A stretch of 64,000 nucleotides of DNA from an uncultured Bacilli bacterium (GCA_944326155.1 CALVCV010000002.1:4514-68513), one strand, 5' to 3'; positions 28,876-39,881 are shown, counted from the stretch's first letter. Numbers and translations are program-made. Notes: generated from the sequence alone by a model not told the origin.

Positions 28876-30618
28876 ATGAAAAAAGAATGTTGTATCAGTT
28901 ATTTAAAACCATTTGCAAAAAGATTAATTGTAGGACCGATTTTTAAATTCATTGAAGCCGCTTTTGAATTAATTGTACCTATTTTAATGGCTTTAATCAT
29001 TGATGAAGGAATTACAAATCGTGGTGGCGATTTAAAATATATATATACAATAGGTGGTATTATTATTGCTTTAGGTATCTTTGGCCTTGCAAGTTCACTT
29101 GTTTGTCAGTTCACCGCATCTAGAGCATCCCAAGGTTATGGGACTCTTTTAAGAAATGCAATTTTTAAAAAAATAAATAGTTTATCTATGAAAGAATTAG
29201 ATAGTGTAGGTAGTGATGCTTTAATTAATATTATGACCAATGATATTAATCAATTGCAACTTGCTGTAGCAATGCTTATTAGATTAGTTGTTAGAGCACC
29301 CTTTTTAGTCATAGGTAGTTTAATTGCTTCGATGATTATTAATTTTAAAGTTGGTATAATTTTCTTTGTTATGATTGTTTTTATTTCAATCATTTTATAT
29401 TTTATTATAAAAGTGAGTTCTAAAAAATACACTAAAGTACAAAATAAATTAGATGATTTGAGTGTTATTTCAAATGAAAATTTAAAAGGAGCAAGAGAAG
29501 TAAGAGGCTTTGCCATGCAAGAAAAAGAAAAAGCACGCTTTAATCAGGAAGTCAAAAACTACCAAAAAGAAGCTCTTTCAATTGCTAGAATTTCTTCCTT
29601 ATTAAATCCTTTAACTTCTATTATTACCAATATTGCAATTATTGCAATTTTATATTTTGGTAGTCGAATGGTAAATAATGGTTCGCTTTTACAAGGGGAA
29701 GTAATTGCGCTTGTTAATTATATGAATCAAATATTATTAGCACTTATTGTTGTGAGTAATTTAGTCGTTATTTTTACTAAAGCTTATGCATCTTTAAAAA
29801 GATGTGATGCGCTTTTAAGCCTCAATACATCAATTCAAAATGGTGAGAAATTGGTAGAAAAAACAGATAGTAATACTATTTTAGTCTTTGATAATGTATC
29901 ATTTGCTTATGATGATATAACGGAAACTTCTATCCATGATATTGATTTTAAAGTCCAAAAGGGTTCTACAATAGGTATTATTGGTAGTACTGGAAGTGGT
30001 AAATCAACCCTCGTTAAACTTATAGCACGTTTTTATGATCCTAGTACTGGTGAGATTTATTTGAATGATAAAAATCTTAAAACCTATGATTTAGATAGTT
30101 TAAGAAAAACAATTGGACTTGTACATCAAAAGGCTGTTTTATTTAAAGGTACAATTCGTTCTAATTTGCAAATGGCCAATCCACTTGCAACAGATGAGCA
30201 AATGTATGAAGCATTAAGAATTGCCAAGGCTTTTGATTTTGTTAAAGAAAAAGGCGGATTGGATGCCTTGGTTGAAGAAAATGGTAGGAATTATTCGGGT
30301 GGACAAAAACAAAGAATTACTATTGCACAAGCTATTGTAAAACAACCTAAAATATTAATTCTAGATGATTCTACAAGTGCTCTTGATTATATGACAGATG
30401 CAGAAGTTAGAAAAAATATCAAAAACTATTCACATTATTTAACCACAATTATTATTTCGCAACGGGCAAGTACCTTAAAAGATGCAAATCAAATTATTGT
30501 CTTAGATGATGGTAGAATTGAAGGAATCGGTACACATGAAGAATTATTAAAATCATGTCTTGTTTATCAAGAAATTTGTTCTTCACAAAAAGAAAGTGAG
30601 GATAAAAAAAATGATTAG
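28876..30618 (+). CDS. ABC exporter, fused permease/ATPase (heterodimer partner 1)
   Basis: Six TM helices are followed by Walker A GSTGSGKST, the signature YSGGQKQR, and Walker B ILILDD. The ORF start at 28852 is rejected because it abuts the -10 box TGgTATAAT (28843-28851). Confidence 0.85.
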   Translation: MKKECCISYLKPFAKRLIVGPIFKFIEAAFELIVPILMALIIDEGITNRGGDLKYIYTIGGIIIALGIFGLASSLVCQFTASRASQGYGTLLRNAIFKKINSLSMKELDSVGSDALINIMTNDINQLQLAVAMLIRLVVRAPFLVIGSLIASMIINFKVGIIFFVMIVFISIILYFIIKVSSKKYTKVQNKLDDLSVISNENLKGAREVRGFAMQEKEKARFNQEVKNYQKEALSIARISSLLNPLTSIITNIAIIAILYFGSRMVNNGSLLQGEVIALVNYMNQILLALIVVSNLVVIFTKAYASLKRCDALLSLNTSIQNGEKLVEKTDSNTILVFDNVSFAYDDITETSIHDIDFKVQKGSTIGIIGSTGSGKSTLVKLIARFYDPSTGEIYLNDKNLKTYDLDSLRKTIGLVHQKAVLFKGTIRSNLQMANPLATDEQMYEALRIAKAFDFVKEKGGLDALVEENGRNYSGGQKQRITIAQAIVKQPKILILDDSTSALDYMTDAEVRKNIKNYSHYLTTIIISQRASTLKDANQIIVLDDGRIEGIGTHEELLKSCLVYQEICSSQKESEDKKND

Positions 30619-32332
30619 TAAATTGTTTGGTTATTTAAAAAGGTATCTTTTTTTAATTATAATAATTTTATTACTTGCTTTATTTAATGTCATTGCGACT
30701 TTATTAATTCCGATTTTAATTGGTAAGGTCATCGATTTTACAATTGGTATCAATCAAGTTGATTTTGGTGAAATTAACAAAAATTTAATTTGGATTTTTG
30801 TTTGTGTTATACTAGGTAATGTGTTAGGTTATTTATATGAATATCTAATGTCACTTATATGTGAAAAAATTGTACTTAATTTACGAAATGAAGTATTCAA
30901 TAAAATTTTACATTTACCACTTGCTTATATTGATAGTCATCGCCATGGTGACATTGTAAGTTTAATCATTTCTGATATAGAACAAGTATCAAATGGTCTT
31001 TTACAAGGCTTTAAACAATTATATCGTGGTATTATTATGATTATTGCGACTTTATTATTTATGTTTATTATCAAGTGGGAAGTTGCTTTGATTGTTGTTT
31101 TAGTTACACCACTTTCATTATTTGTTGCTTGGTTTATTTCTAAAAAATCACATGATTATTTTACAAAACAAGCTAAAATAAAAGGTGAATTAAGTGGCTA
31201 TATCCTAGAAATGGTTTCAAATCAAAAAAATATTAAGAGTTTTTGTTATGAAGAAAAAGCCATTGAAAGATTTAAAAAAATTAATCAAGAGTTATATGAT
31301 ATTGGTGTAAATGCCCAGTTTATTTCCTCAACAACCAATCCGTCTACACGCTTTGTAAATGGTCTAGTATATGCGCTTGTAGGAATTGTAGGCGCTGTAA
31401 ATGTTGTAAAAGACCCTATAAACTTTAGTGTTGGTATGCTTTCTTCTTTTCTTTCCTACGCCAATCAATATACCAAACCTTTTAATGAAATTTCTGGTGT
31501 AATTAGCGAGGTACAATCTGCTTTTGCTTCATTCAAAAGAGTTATAACGATTCTAGATGTTAAAGATGAAATTGACGAAGGGACCAATAGCATTAGTTTA
31601 CCAGTTCATCACATTCAATTTGATGATGTAAATTTTTCATATCAAGAAAATCAACCTTTAATTACCCACTTTAATCTTGAAATTAACCAAGGTGAAAAGG
31701 TTGCAATTGTAGGTCCTACGGGTTGTGGTAAAACCACAATGATCAACTTATTATTAAGATATTATGATCCAAATAGTGGTAAAATTTATATTGATGATGT
31801 CAATACCTTAGATATTAAAAAAGATAATCTAAGAAAAGCTTATGGGTTAGTTTTACAAGATACTTGGATTTTTAAGGGTACTGTAAGAGAAAATATTGCA
31901 TATGCTAAACAAGATGCTACTCTTGAGGAAGTTATTCAAGCGGCAAAATTTGCTCATGCTCATAGTTTTATTAAGAGATTGTCAAATGGTTATGACACTA
32001 TCATTAGTGCAAATAGTGGCTTATCACAAGGAGAAAAACAATTACTTTCAATTGCTAGATTAATGATGTTACAACCGGATATGGTTATTTTAGATGAAGC
32101 AACTTCATCTATTGATACAAGAACAGAAAAGAAAATTGTTGATGCATTTAGTCATATGATGAAAGGTAGAACAAGTTTTATTATTGCACATCGACTGTCA
32201 ACTGTTCAAGAAGCTGATAAAATCATTGTAATGAAAAGCGGTCATATTGTAGAAGTTGGAAAACATCAAGAATTACTTGCTAAAAATGGTTTTTATGCAA
32301 AATTGTATCATCAAGGTATTGTTGATATTTAA
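30611..32332 (+). CDS. ABC exporter, fused permease/ATPase (heterodimer partner 2)
   Basis: The start is set at MISKLFGYLK..., after GTGAGGA, and overlaps the upstream stop (ATGATTAG). Motifs seen: GPTGCGKTT, LSQGEKQ and VILDEATS. Confidence 0.85.
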   Translation: MISKLFGYLKRYLFLIIIILLLALFNVIATLLIPILIGKVIDFTIGINQVDFGEINKNLIWIFVCVILGNVLGYLYEYLMSLICEKIVLNLRNEVFNKILHLPLAYIDSHRHGDIVSLIISDIEQVSNGLLQGFKQLYRGIIMIIATLLFMFIIKWEVALIVVLVTPLSLFVAWFISKKSHDYFTKQAKIKGELSGYILEMVSNQKNIKSFCYEEKAIERFKKINQELYDIGVNAQFISSTTNPSTRFVNGLVYALVGIVGAVNVVKDPINFSVGMLSSFLSYANQYTKPFNEISGVISEVQSAFASFKRVITILDVKDEIDEGTNSISLPVHHIQFDDVNFSYQENQPLITHFNLEINQGEKVAIVGPTGCGKTTMINLLLRYYDPNSGKIYIDDVNTLDIKKDNLRKAYGLVLQDTWIFKGTVRENIAYAKQDATLEEVIQAAKFAHAHSFIKRLSNGYDTIISANSGLSQGEKQLLSIARLMMLQPDMVILDEATSSIDTRTEKKIVDAFSHMMKGRTSFIIAHRLSTVQEADKIIVMKSGHIVEVGKHQELLAKNGFYAKLYHQGIVDI

Positions 32333-32342
32333 GAATAAATAA

Positions 32343-32370
32343 AAAAAGCACTTTGAATAAGTGCTTTTTT
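32343..32370 (+). terminator. Rho-independent terminator
   Basis: AAAAAGCACTT tgaat AAGTGCTTTTT. Confidence 0.8.
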
Positions 32371-32427
32371 TATACAAAAATTGACAAAAAAATAAAAAAA
32401 ATAGAAAGTAAAAACAAGGTTTTAAAC

Positions 32428-32456
32428 TTGCGAATGACTTTTTTTTATGGTATAAT
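32428..32456 (+). promoter_or_regulatory. pgsA promoter
   Basis: TTGCGA, a 17-nt spacer, then TATAAT, with an extended -10 (TGg). Confidence 0.6.
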
Positions 32457-32471
32457 ATTATCAAAAGAGGT

Positions 32472-33134
32472 ATGAATATGAATTTGCCAAATAAATTAAC
32501 TATTTTTAGAATATTATTAATACCAATTATTATGATTGTATATTCAATTAGGCCTCTCAGAGAAAATTGGATATTATGGCATAATTTATCACAAGCTAAT
32601 TTTATAGTCTTACTTTTAATTTTTGTTGGAGCATTGACAGATTTTCTTGATGGCAAAATTGCTAGAAAGAATAACTTAGTTACCAATTTAGGTAAATTTT
32701 TAGACCCGCTTGCTGACAAATTATTAACATGTACAGGATTTATTATTTTATTAGAACAAAATGCCCAAAATCAATTATTATCTGGAGGTGTGGCTCCTAA
32801 ACTTTTGACTTGGTGGATGGTTATTATCATTTTAGCAAGAGAGTTTATGGTAACGGGTATTCGATTATTGGCTGTTGGTCAAGGTCGTGTAATTGCCGCA
32901 AGTTGGTATGGAAAAATTAAAACGACTTTACAATTTATAACCATCATCTTTTTATTAGCAGGTGGCGCAGTATACGTAGAAGGTACACATCTTTATAATA
33001 TTGTGACATGGTATGATATTGTCGCAAAAATATTTATTATAGCGATGTTAGCAGTTACCATTTTTAGTGGTTATGATTATTTTATCAAAAATATTGATGT
33101 TCTAAAAGAAACTAAAAAGAAACTAAAAAAATAG
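32472..33134 (+). CDS. pgsA: CDP-diacylglycerol--glycerol-3-phosphate 3-phosphatidyltransferase
   Basis: The CDP-alcohol phosphotransferase motif reads DFLDGKIARKNNLVTNLGKFLDPLADK. Confidence 0.9.
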   Translation: MNMNLPNKLTIFRILLIPIIMIVYSIRPLRENWILWHNLSQANFIVLLLIFVGALTDFLDGKIARKNNLVTNLGKFLDPLADKLLTCTGFIILLEQNAQNQLLSGGVAPKLLTWWMVIIILAREFMVTGIRLLAVGQGRVIAASWYGKIKTTLQFITIIFLLAGGAVYVEGTHLYNIVTWYDIVAKIFIIAMLAVTIFSGYDYFIKNIDVLKETKKKLKK

Positions 33135-33143
33135 GAGAAACAT

Positions 33144-34178
33144 ATGGCTGAAAAAGCAAAACAATTAAAAATAGATGATATTGAGATACCGAAAGATTCA
33201 GCAAAGGAAAAAGCATTAGCTGATGCCTTAAAGACAATTGAAAAAGCATATGGTAAAGGTTCAATCATGAAACTCGGTGATACAAACCAAGAAAAAATTG
33301 AAGTTATCCCATCTGGTTCAATTTCTTTAGATATTGCTCTTGGTGTTGGTGGTTATCCTAAAGGTAGAATTATTGAGATTTTTGGACCTGAATCAAGTGG
33401 TAAAACAACTTTTGCTTTACATGCAATTGCTGAAGCTCAAAAGAAAGGTGGTTATGCAGCTTTCATTGATGCTGAACATGCCCTAGATCCAACATACGCA
33501 AAGGCTCTAGGTGTTGATATTGATAATTTAATCTTATCACAACCTGATAATGGTGAGCAAGCATTAGAAATTGTTGAAGCCCTTGTTAGAAGTAATGTTA
33601 TTGATATTATTGTTATTGATTCGGTTGCAGCCCTTGTACCAAAGGCTGAAATTGAAGGAGATATGGGAGATAGCCATGTGGGTTTACAAGCAAGATTAAT
33701 GAGTCAGGCAATGCGTAAACTTGCTGGTATCATCAATAAAAGTAAAACAGTTGCCATTTTTATCAATCAAATACGTGAAAAAGTTGGCGTACTATTTGGA
33801 AGTCCAGAAACAACATCAGGTGGACGTGCTCTTAAATTTTATGCGACAATTCGCTTAGATATTAGAAGAGTTGATCAAATAAAACAAGGAACAGAAGTAA
33901 TTGGTAATTTAACAAGAGTAAAAGTTGTTAAAAATAAAGTTGCACCTCCATTTAAAACAGCTGAAATAGATTTAATTTATGGTAAAGGTATTTCATATGA
34001 AGGTGAAGTTTTAGACCTTGCAACTAATTTAGATATTGTTGAAAAATCAGGTTCTTGGTTCTCTTATAATGGTGAACGTTTAGGACAAGGTCGTGAGACA
34101 GTCAAAGAAGTATTAAAACAAAATCCAGAATTAGCCAAAGAAATTGAACTTAAAGTTCGTGAAAAATTAATTGGCTAA
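33144..34178 (+). CDS. recA: Recombinase RecA
   Basis: Seen: GPESSGKTT, ...[16 protein letters not shown], and IVIDSVAAL. Confidence 0.98.
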   Translation: MAEKAKQLKIDDIEIPKDSAKEKALADALKTIEKAYGKGSIMKLGDTNQEKIEVIPSGSISLDIALGVGGYPKGRIIEIFGPESSGKTTFALHAIAEAQKKGGYAAFIDAEHALDPTYAKALGVDIDNLILSQPDNGEQALEIVEALVRSNVIDIIVIDSVAALVPKAEIEGDMGDSHVGLQARLMSQAMRKLAGIINKSKTVAIFINQIREKVGVLFGSPETTSGGRALKFYATIRLDIRRVDQIKQGTEVIGNLTRVKVVKNKVAPPFKTAEIDLIYGKGISYEGEVLDLATNLDIVEKSGSWFSYNGERLGQGRETVKEVLKQNPELAKEIELKVREKLIG

Positions 34179-34212
34179 GGATTAAGGATTATAAAATATA
34201 AAGAGGTAAAAA

Positions 34213-34839
34213 ATGTCAAAAGTAGTAATTTTTAATCATCCCCTAATTCATCATAAACTTTCAATTATTCGTGATGAAAATACGAATACAAAAGATTTCC
34301 GTCAATCTGTAAACGAAATATCAAATCTTATGGCTTTTGAAGCTACTAGGGATTTACCATTAAAAGAAGTAAAAATTAAAACACCTATTTCAATAGCTTC
34401 AACTTATGTTTTAGATTGTGAGGTTGTTATTGTTCCTATTTTAAGAGCGGGAATTGGAATGGTTGATGGTATTCATAGCTTAATTCCTACAGCTAAAGTA
34501 GGACACATTGGGTTATATCGTAATGAGGAAACTTTAGAACCACAATTATATTATGCTAAATTTCCGCCTACCTTACCGAATGCTATCGTATTTTTAATTG
34601 ATCCCATGCTTGCAACAGGTGGATCAGCAGTTGCTGCAATTGATATTTTAAAAGCACATGGTGCTCAAAAAATTATTTATATGGGTATAGTTGGTGTTGA
34701 TCAAGGTATTAAATATCTTCAAGAACATCATCCAGACGTAGATATTTATCTTGCCGCAAAAGATGAAAAATTAAATGAAAAAGGATATATTGTGCCAGGA
34801 CTTGGTGATTGCGGTGATCGTATTTTTGGTACTAAATAG
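34213..34839 (+). CDS. upp: Uracil phosphoribosyltransferase
   Basis: Seen: ...HPLI.HKL..IRD..T....FR......L..FEATRDL, the PRPP motif [11 protein letters not shown], and [13 protein letters not shown]. Confidence 0.97.
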   Translation: MSKVVIFNHPLIHHKLSIIRDENTNTKDFRQSVNEISNLMAFEATRDLPLKEVKIKTPISIASTYVLDCEVVIVPILRAGIGMVDGIHSLIPTAKVGHIGLYRNEETLEPQLYYAKFPPTLPNAIVFLIDPMLATGGSAVAAIDILKAHGAQKIIYMGIVGVDQGIKYLQEHHPDVDIYLAAKDEKLNEKGYIVPGLGDCGDRIFGTK

Positions 34840-34859
34840 TTTAGGAGGATTTTAAAACT

Positions 34860-35249
34860 ATGGCAGAAGGCGAAAAGAAAAAAACAGGATGCTTAAGTGT
34901 AATTGGTAATATCATTTGGATTATTGCTGGAGGTATTTTTACCTCAATTGGTTGGTTTTTATTAGGTATTATTTTATGTGTTACCATTATTGGTATCCCA
35001 TTTGGTAAGCAATGTTTTAAATTTGCCTATCTTACACTTGTTCCATTTGGTAAAACAGTAAATATTCATTTTGATAAACATCCAATTGCTAACGTTTTAT
35101 GGTTAATTTTCTTTGGATGGGAAATGTTTTTATCCTATGCCGCAGCAGGGATTGCTTCATGTTTAACAATTATTGGTATTCCTTTTGGCATTCAAGCATT
35201 TAAATTTAGTATTTTATCATTTTTCCCATTTGGTGCAACAGTTGAATAA
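34860..35249 (+). CDS. YccF-family inner membrane protein (DUF307 x2)
   Basis: The motif is duplicated: IIGIPFGKQCFKFA and IIGIPFGIQAFKFS. Confidence 0.75.
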   Translation: MAEGEKKKTGCLSVIGNIIWIIAGGIFTSIGWFLLGIILCVTIIGIPFGKQCFKFAYLTLVPFGKTVNIHFDKHPIANVLWLIFFGWEMFLSYAAAGIASCLTIIGIPFGIQAFKFSILSFFPFGATVE

Positions 35250-35273
35250 AAAAAATAAAAATTACTAAGGGAA

Positions 35274-35735
35274 TGAAAAGCACCCCATTTCTTGGACACA
35301 CTAAAAGTGTGGTATAATACAAGAAAGGGGTGCTTTTCTATGATAAGGAAAAGACATAAACTAGAATTTAAAATTGAAGTAATCAAAACAAAGATACGTG
35401 AAAAACTATCTACAAATGAAGCAACTATATGTTTTAATTTATGTACAACAATTAATGGTTATAAATAACTTACAAATAGACTTATAAGAGATTGAGAACA
35501 AATTTATCTTGAAGAAGGTAAGGAAAACTTTTTGAAAGAAAGAAAACAAAAATGTTTTATAGTTTGAAATATGAATCTTTAGATGAGTCAAAAGAAACGA
35601 TATATGATGATATTTATCATTATGATAATAAAAGAATTAAAAGTAAATTAATAGGATTGAGTCAATCGAATACAGAACTCAATTCTATAGTTTTATTTAT
35701 TCTTTTATAGTGTTTAAATATAGGGATTTACTGCA
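35274..35735 (+). mobile_element. Internally deleted IS3-family (IS150-like) remnant with TG...CA terminal inverted repeats
   Basis: There is an OrfA-like N-terminus (35340-35468, MIRKRHKLEFKIEVIK...LSTNEA...) followed by ...EQIYLEEGKENFLKERK. A stop-ridden and frameshifted OrfB C-terminus follows (...YDDIYHYDNKRIKSKLIGLS / SIEYRTQ). The left end is TGAAAAGCACCCC...ACACTAAAAG. The reverse complement of the right end is TGCAGTAAATCCC...ACACTATAAAAG. Confidence 0.6.
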
Positions 35736-35746
35736 TAACTATTAGT

Positions 35747-36346
35747 TTATTTTAAAATTTTATCAATCAACAAATCAACTACTGGTAAATAATCAATGGG
35801 TGGTAAGAATCCTTCTTTAATTAGGAATCCATCTTTTTTAAAATCTAAGTAACTAATACTTTTTTTTCCACCATTTAAATATTCAAGATATTTTTTATAT
35901 AACACTTTTGATGGTAATAAATATACTTCATGATAAAGGGGGAATTCGATTAATAAAAAAGCAATGCCTCCCATCTTATCTATTGTAAACAAATGTTCAA
36001 TTTGATGTTTAAAAATGTGGACAAAAGCAAAACTACTCGCATGACAAGACTTTGCTTCAAAATCCACATGATAACCTTTATAGATACCATTATAATCAGT
36101 TGTGGATGGCGTTCTATAATAAGCCTCAGTAATACGTGCTTTATTTCTTGCAGGATAATCTACTTTAACAACTTGAATGGGGGTTGGTTTTTTGTAGATG
36201 GAAGCAATATTGTTTTTTAAATAATACTTATTGCTTTCATTTAATTTGCTTTCAAAATCAGTACCTAAATTGGCTTTTTTTAAATTTCTTTTTTTGACTT
36301 CTAAAGTGGTAGGTTTTTTTTTCATTTGATTGGGATAGTTAATCAT
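35747..36346 (-). CDS. recU: Holliday junction resolvase RecU
   Basis: It starts MINYPN... and contains G.DFE..LNESNKYYL.NNIA.IYKKPTPIQVVKVDYP... and STTDYNGIYKGYHVDFEAK, closely matching B. subtilis RecU. Confidence 0.93.
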   Translation of the reverse strand: MINYPNQMKKKPTTLEVKKRNLKKANLGTDFESKLNESNKYYLKNNIASIYKKPTPIQVVKVDYPARNKARITEAYYRTPSTTDYNGIYKGYHVDFEAKSCHASSFAFVHIFKHQIEHLFTIDKMGGIAFLLIEFPLYHEVYLLPSKVLYKKYLEYLNGGKKSISYLDFKKDGFLIKEGFLPPIDYLPVVDLLIDKILK

Positions 36347-36446
36347 AAAATCACCTATAATATAAATATAATATTAAAATTATTTTATCAAATAAAATTT
36401 AATTTGTCAAAAGAACAAATTAAAATCGTTCTTGCCCTTATATTAA

Positions 36447-36475
36447 TTGACAAATTAAGCTTTTTTTGATATAAT
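36447..36475 (+). promoter_or_regulatory. rny promoter
   Basis: TTGACA, a 17-nt spacer, then TATAAT, with a TGa extended -10. Confidence 0.65.
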
Positions 36476-36562
36476 AAATCAGTAAGAAATTATGTGTAAA
36501 TACACTCTATATATAATTACATTACAAATAAATAAAAAAATTAGAAGGAGAAAGATTAATTT

Positions 36563-38143
36563 ATGGAAATTAAATTAGTGTACTGTATTCTTCTATGTGT
36601 TATTGCGCTTGCTATAGGTGGCGTTGTCGCATGGTTTATAGCTTATAATCGTGGTAAACAAAATGTGGAAGCAAAATATGAACGCCTAGGAAAAGAAGCA
36701 ACGAAAATCATTGAGGATGCTGAAAAAGAAGGACAAGCTCAAAAAAGAGATTTAATTAAAGAAGCAAAAAAAGAAATTGCTGAATATAAGTCGGCAACAG
36801 AAAAAGAAATCTCAAATAAAAAAGCTGAACTTCAAGAAGAAGCAAAGAAATTAGATCGTCGAGAAACAAACTTAGAAAATCGATCTGACAATCTTGATAA
36901 ACGTGAAAATGGTCTAATCACAAAAGAAAACAAGTTAGAACAAAGAATTGCTGATGTTGAAAAACGTAATAATAAAATAGAAGAATTAATTAGTGAACAA
37001 GAACAAAAATTAATGGAAATTTCTGGCTTAAATCAAGAACAAGCACGTGATATTGTTTTCAAAAAACTTGAGGATGATATGTCAATGGAAATGGCAATCT
37101 ATGTAAAAGATACTGTTGAAAAAGCAAAATATGAAGCAAGCCATAAATCACAAGTAATTCTTGCAAATGCTATTCAACAATATGCTAATGAAACTGTTCA
37201 AGAAAGAACTGTTTCGGTAGTAACTTTACCAAATGATGAAATGAAGGGCCGTATTATCGGTCGTGAAGGTCGTAATATTCGTGCTATTGAGTCAGTTACT
37301 GGTGTTGATTTAATTATTGATGATACACCAGATTCTGTTGTTATCTCTTGCTTTGATCCAATTAGAAGAGAAATTGCCCGTCGAACCCTTGAAATCTTAG
37401 TGACTGATGGTAGAATTCAGCCACCTAGAATTGAAGAAGTATATAGTAAATGCACAAAAGAGTTAGAAAACGAAATTAGAGAAGAAGGCGAAAAAGCCGT
37501 ATTTGAAACAGGTATTGGTAAAATTCATCCTGAATTAATTAAATTAATTGGTCGTTTACGTTTTAGAACTAGTTATGGTCAAAACGCACTTGTTCACTCT
37601 AAAGAAGTTGCTTTTTTAGCAGGTAAATTAGCTGTTGAAATTGGCGAAGATGAAATTTTAGCAAGAAGAGCAGGATTACTTCATGATATTGGTAAATCAA
37701 CCGATCATGAACAAGAAGGCAGTCATGTTGATATTGGTATTGAAATTGCTACTAAGTTTAGAGAAAATCCTGTTGTTATCAATGCGATTGCATCCCATCA
37801 TGGTGATGTAGAAGCTGATAATGTTATTTCTCATCTTGTTGCGGCAGCCGATACACTATCTGCAGCTCGTCCTGGAGCACGTAGTGAATCACTTGATAAT
37901 TATATTAAGAGATTGCAACAATTAGAAGAATTAAGTAATGAATTTAAAGGTGTTGATAAGACATATGCTTTACAAGCAGGTCGTGAAGTAAGAATCATTG
38001 TTAAACCAGAAGAAATTACTGACGCTGAAGCATATAAACTTGCTAGAGATATTAAGAATAAAATAGAAACAACTATGAATTATCCAGGTACAATAAAAGT
38101 AACTGTAATAAGAGAAACAAGAGTGCAAGAAGTAGCTCGTTAG
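36563..38143 (+). CDS. rny: Ribonuclease Y
   Basis: An N-terminal TM helix is followed by a coiled coil, a KH domain ([13 protein letters not shown]) and an HD domain (LLHDIGK ... ASHHG). Confidence 0.97.
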   Translation: MEIKLVYCILLCVIALAIGGVVAWFIAYNRGKQNVEAKYERLGKEATKIIEDAEKEGQAQKRDLIKEAKKEIAEYKSATEKEISNKKAELQEEAKKLDRRETNLENRSDNLDKRENGLITKENKLEQRIADVEKRNNKIEELISEQEQKLMEISGLNQEQARDIVFKKLEDDMSMEMAIYVKDTVEKAKYEASHKSQVILANAIQQYANETVQERTVSVVTLPNDEMKGRIIGREGRNIRAIESVTGVDLIIDDTPDSVVISCFDPIRREIARRTLEILVTDGRIQPPRIEEVYSKCTKELENEIREEGEKAVFETGIGKIHPELIKLIGRLRFRTSYGQNALVHSKEVAFLAGKLAVEIGEDEILARRAGLLHDIGKSTDHEQEGSHVDIGIEIATKFRENPVVINAIASHHGDVEADNVISHLVAAADTLSAARPGARSESLDNYIKRLQQLEELSNEFKGVDKTYALQAGREVRIIVKPEEITDAEAYKLARDIKNKIETTMNYPGTIKVTVIRETRVQEVAR

Positions 38144-38157
38144 AAAGTGGATAAAAT

Positions 38158-38934
38158 ATGAAAATACTGCTCATTGGAGATATCTTTAGTAAAGCAGGCC
38201 GTGAGATGATTGAGAACCACTTAGGAGATTTAAAAAATACTAAAGGAATTCAGTTTATTGTCGCAAATGGTGAAAATATTGCACATGGTAATGGCATAAC
38301 TAATAATTACTATAAATTTTTATTAGAACATCATATTAATGTTGTTACTTTAGGTAATCATTCTTTTGCCAATCATGATATTTTAAATTTTATTAATGAA
38401 GCAAAAAATTTAATTCGACCATTAAATTATCCTAAAGGTGTACCTGGAAAGGGTTATGTAACTATCAATTATAATAATTTAAAAATCACTATCTTTCAAG
38501 TGATGGGAAGAACCTTTATGAATACCCCACTAGATTGCCCTTTTAAAGCAACTGAAGAATTATTAGCAAAGGTTTCTAGTGATATTTATATTTGCGATTT
38601 TCATGGTGAAGCAACAAGTGAAAAAATTGCTTTTGGTCTTTATTTTGATGGTAAAATTAATATCATTGTAGGTACACATACTCATGTACAAACAAATGAT
38701 GCTCATCTATTACCAAATGGAACACTTTATATGACTGATTTAGGTATGACTGGTGCTTTAGATGGTGTAATAGGTGTCGAAAAAGAAACAATTATTAAAA
38801 AGTTCTTAACTGGATTACCTGTCAAACACATTCCGATGGAAACTGGTAGAAAACAATTTAATGGATTAATAGTAGAAATTAATGAAGCAAATCATAAAGT
38901 GACAAATTTCGAGATTGTAAATGTAGTAAAATAA
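38158..38934 (+). CDS. ymdB: YmdB-type metallophosphoesterase (2',3'-cyclic-nucleotide phosphodiesterase)
   Basis: Seen: MKILLIGDI..KAGR, ANGEN.AHG.G, LGNH, DFHGEATSEK and GTHTHVQT. The gene follows rny, as in Bacillus. Confidence 0.9.
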   Translation: MKILLIGDIFSKAGREMIENHLGDLKNTKGIQFIVANGENIAHGNGITNNYYKFLLEHHINVVTLGNHSFANHDILNFINEAKNLIRPLNYPKGVPGKGYVTINYNNLKITIFQVMGRTFMNTPLDCPFKATEELLAKVSSDIYICDFHGEATSEKIAFGLYFDGKINIIVGTHTHVQTNDAHLLPNGTLYMTDLGMTGALDGVIGVEKETIIKKFLTGLPVKHIPMETGRKQFNGLIVEINEANHKVTNFEIVNVVK

Positions 38935-39012
38935 TAAATGTAGGCATATAATTCATAATTGATGAATAGGATTAAATGCAGTACAATAAAATTTACTAGG
39001 GGGGACATCCAA

Positions 39013-39276
39013 ATGGAAGTATTAAAAGTTTCATCAAAATCAAAACCAAATTCAGTTGCAGGGGCACTAGCTAATGCCTTTCGAGAAAAACAAACAGTTG
39101 AAATTCAAGCTGTTGGTGCTGGATCTTTGAATCAAGCTATTAAAGCTATTGCAATTGCAAGAGGTTATGTTGCGCCAACTGGCAAAGATTTAATTTGTGT
39201 GCCAGCTTTTAGTGACATTGTCATTGATGGAGAAGAACGCACAGCGATTAAATTAATTGTAGAATCTCGTAAATAA
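39013..39276 (+). CDS. spoVS: Stage V sporulation protein S
   Basis: The ORF is trimmed to MEVLKVSSKSKPNSVAGALA...QAVGAGS.NQAIKAIAIARGY after AGGGGG. Confidence 0.92.
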   Translation: MEVLKVSSKSKPNSVAGALANAFREKQTVEIQAVGAGSLNQAIKAIAIARGYVAPTGKDLICVPAFSDIVIDGEERTAIKLIVESRK

Positions 39277-39296
39277 GTTGGCTTTGCCAACTTTTT
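39275..39296 (+). terminator. Rho-independent terminator
   Basis: AAGTTGGC ttt GCCAACTT plus Ts. Confidence 0.7.
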
Positions 39297-39314
39297 ACTT
39301 ATTATGGAGGATAT

Positions 39315-39869
39315 ATGGGATTACCAACTTTGTATACACAACGTTTGATTATTAGGTCACTTTCCATTTTAGATGCTGATGATATGTATGAATACGCCAA
39401 AACGCCTTATGTAGGACCAACAGCAGGTTGGCCACCTCATACATCTATTCAAGAAACGATGTCAATTATTAAAGCAATGAGTACAATTAAAACACCTTTT
39501 GAATTAGGTACTTGGGCAATTGTGTTAAAAAGTTTAAACAAGATGATAGGAACAATTGAATTATATAACTATACACCTCATTTTAAAGCAGAATTGGGGT
39601 ATTCTATTAATCCAGCTTTTTGGGGTTATGGATATGCAACTGAGGCCGCAAAAGAAGTTATGGCTTATGGTTTTGAATTTTTAGATTTAAAAAGAATAGA
39701 AGTGGGTACTTTTGTTGATAATTGTCAATCACAAAGAGTTTGTGAAAAATTAGGATTTCAAAAAGAAGGAATTGCTAGAAATGGTTATGTTAGATATGAT
39801 GGAAAAATTTTTGATAAAATGATTTTTGGCATGACAAATGAAGAATATAAAAAAATATATAATAAATAG
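39315..39869 (+). CDS. GNAT-family N-acetyltransferase (RimJ/RimL-like)
   Basis: Seen: ..QRLIIRSLS..D... and ...WG.GYATEA......GF..L.L.RIE. A GGAGG RBS precedes the start. Confidence 0.8.
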   Translation: MGLPTLYTQRLIIRSLSILDADDMYEYAKTPYVGPTAGWPPHTSIQETMSIIKAMSTIKTPFELGTWAIVLKSLNKMIGTIELYNYTPHFKAELGYSINPAFWGYGYATEAAKEVMAYGFEFLDLKRIEVGTFVDNCQSQRVCEKLGFQKEGIARNGYVRYDGKIFDKMIFGMTNEEYKKIYNK

Positions 39870-39881
39870 AAAGAAAATAAT

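Noticed and set aside
32273-32719. A 148-aa minus-strand ORF spanning the ABC gene end, a terminator, and the pgsA promoter and start.
   Set aside because: It crosses a strong terminator and a promoter. It has low-complexity K/F/L-rich content and no RBS. It is an artefact of AT-rich sequence.
32472-34178. Absence of cinA between pgsA and recA, and a slightly long PgsA (220 aa).
   Set aside because: This is a simple gene-content and length difference relative to Bacillus. No sequence feature suggests anything beyond lineage variation.
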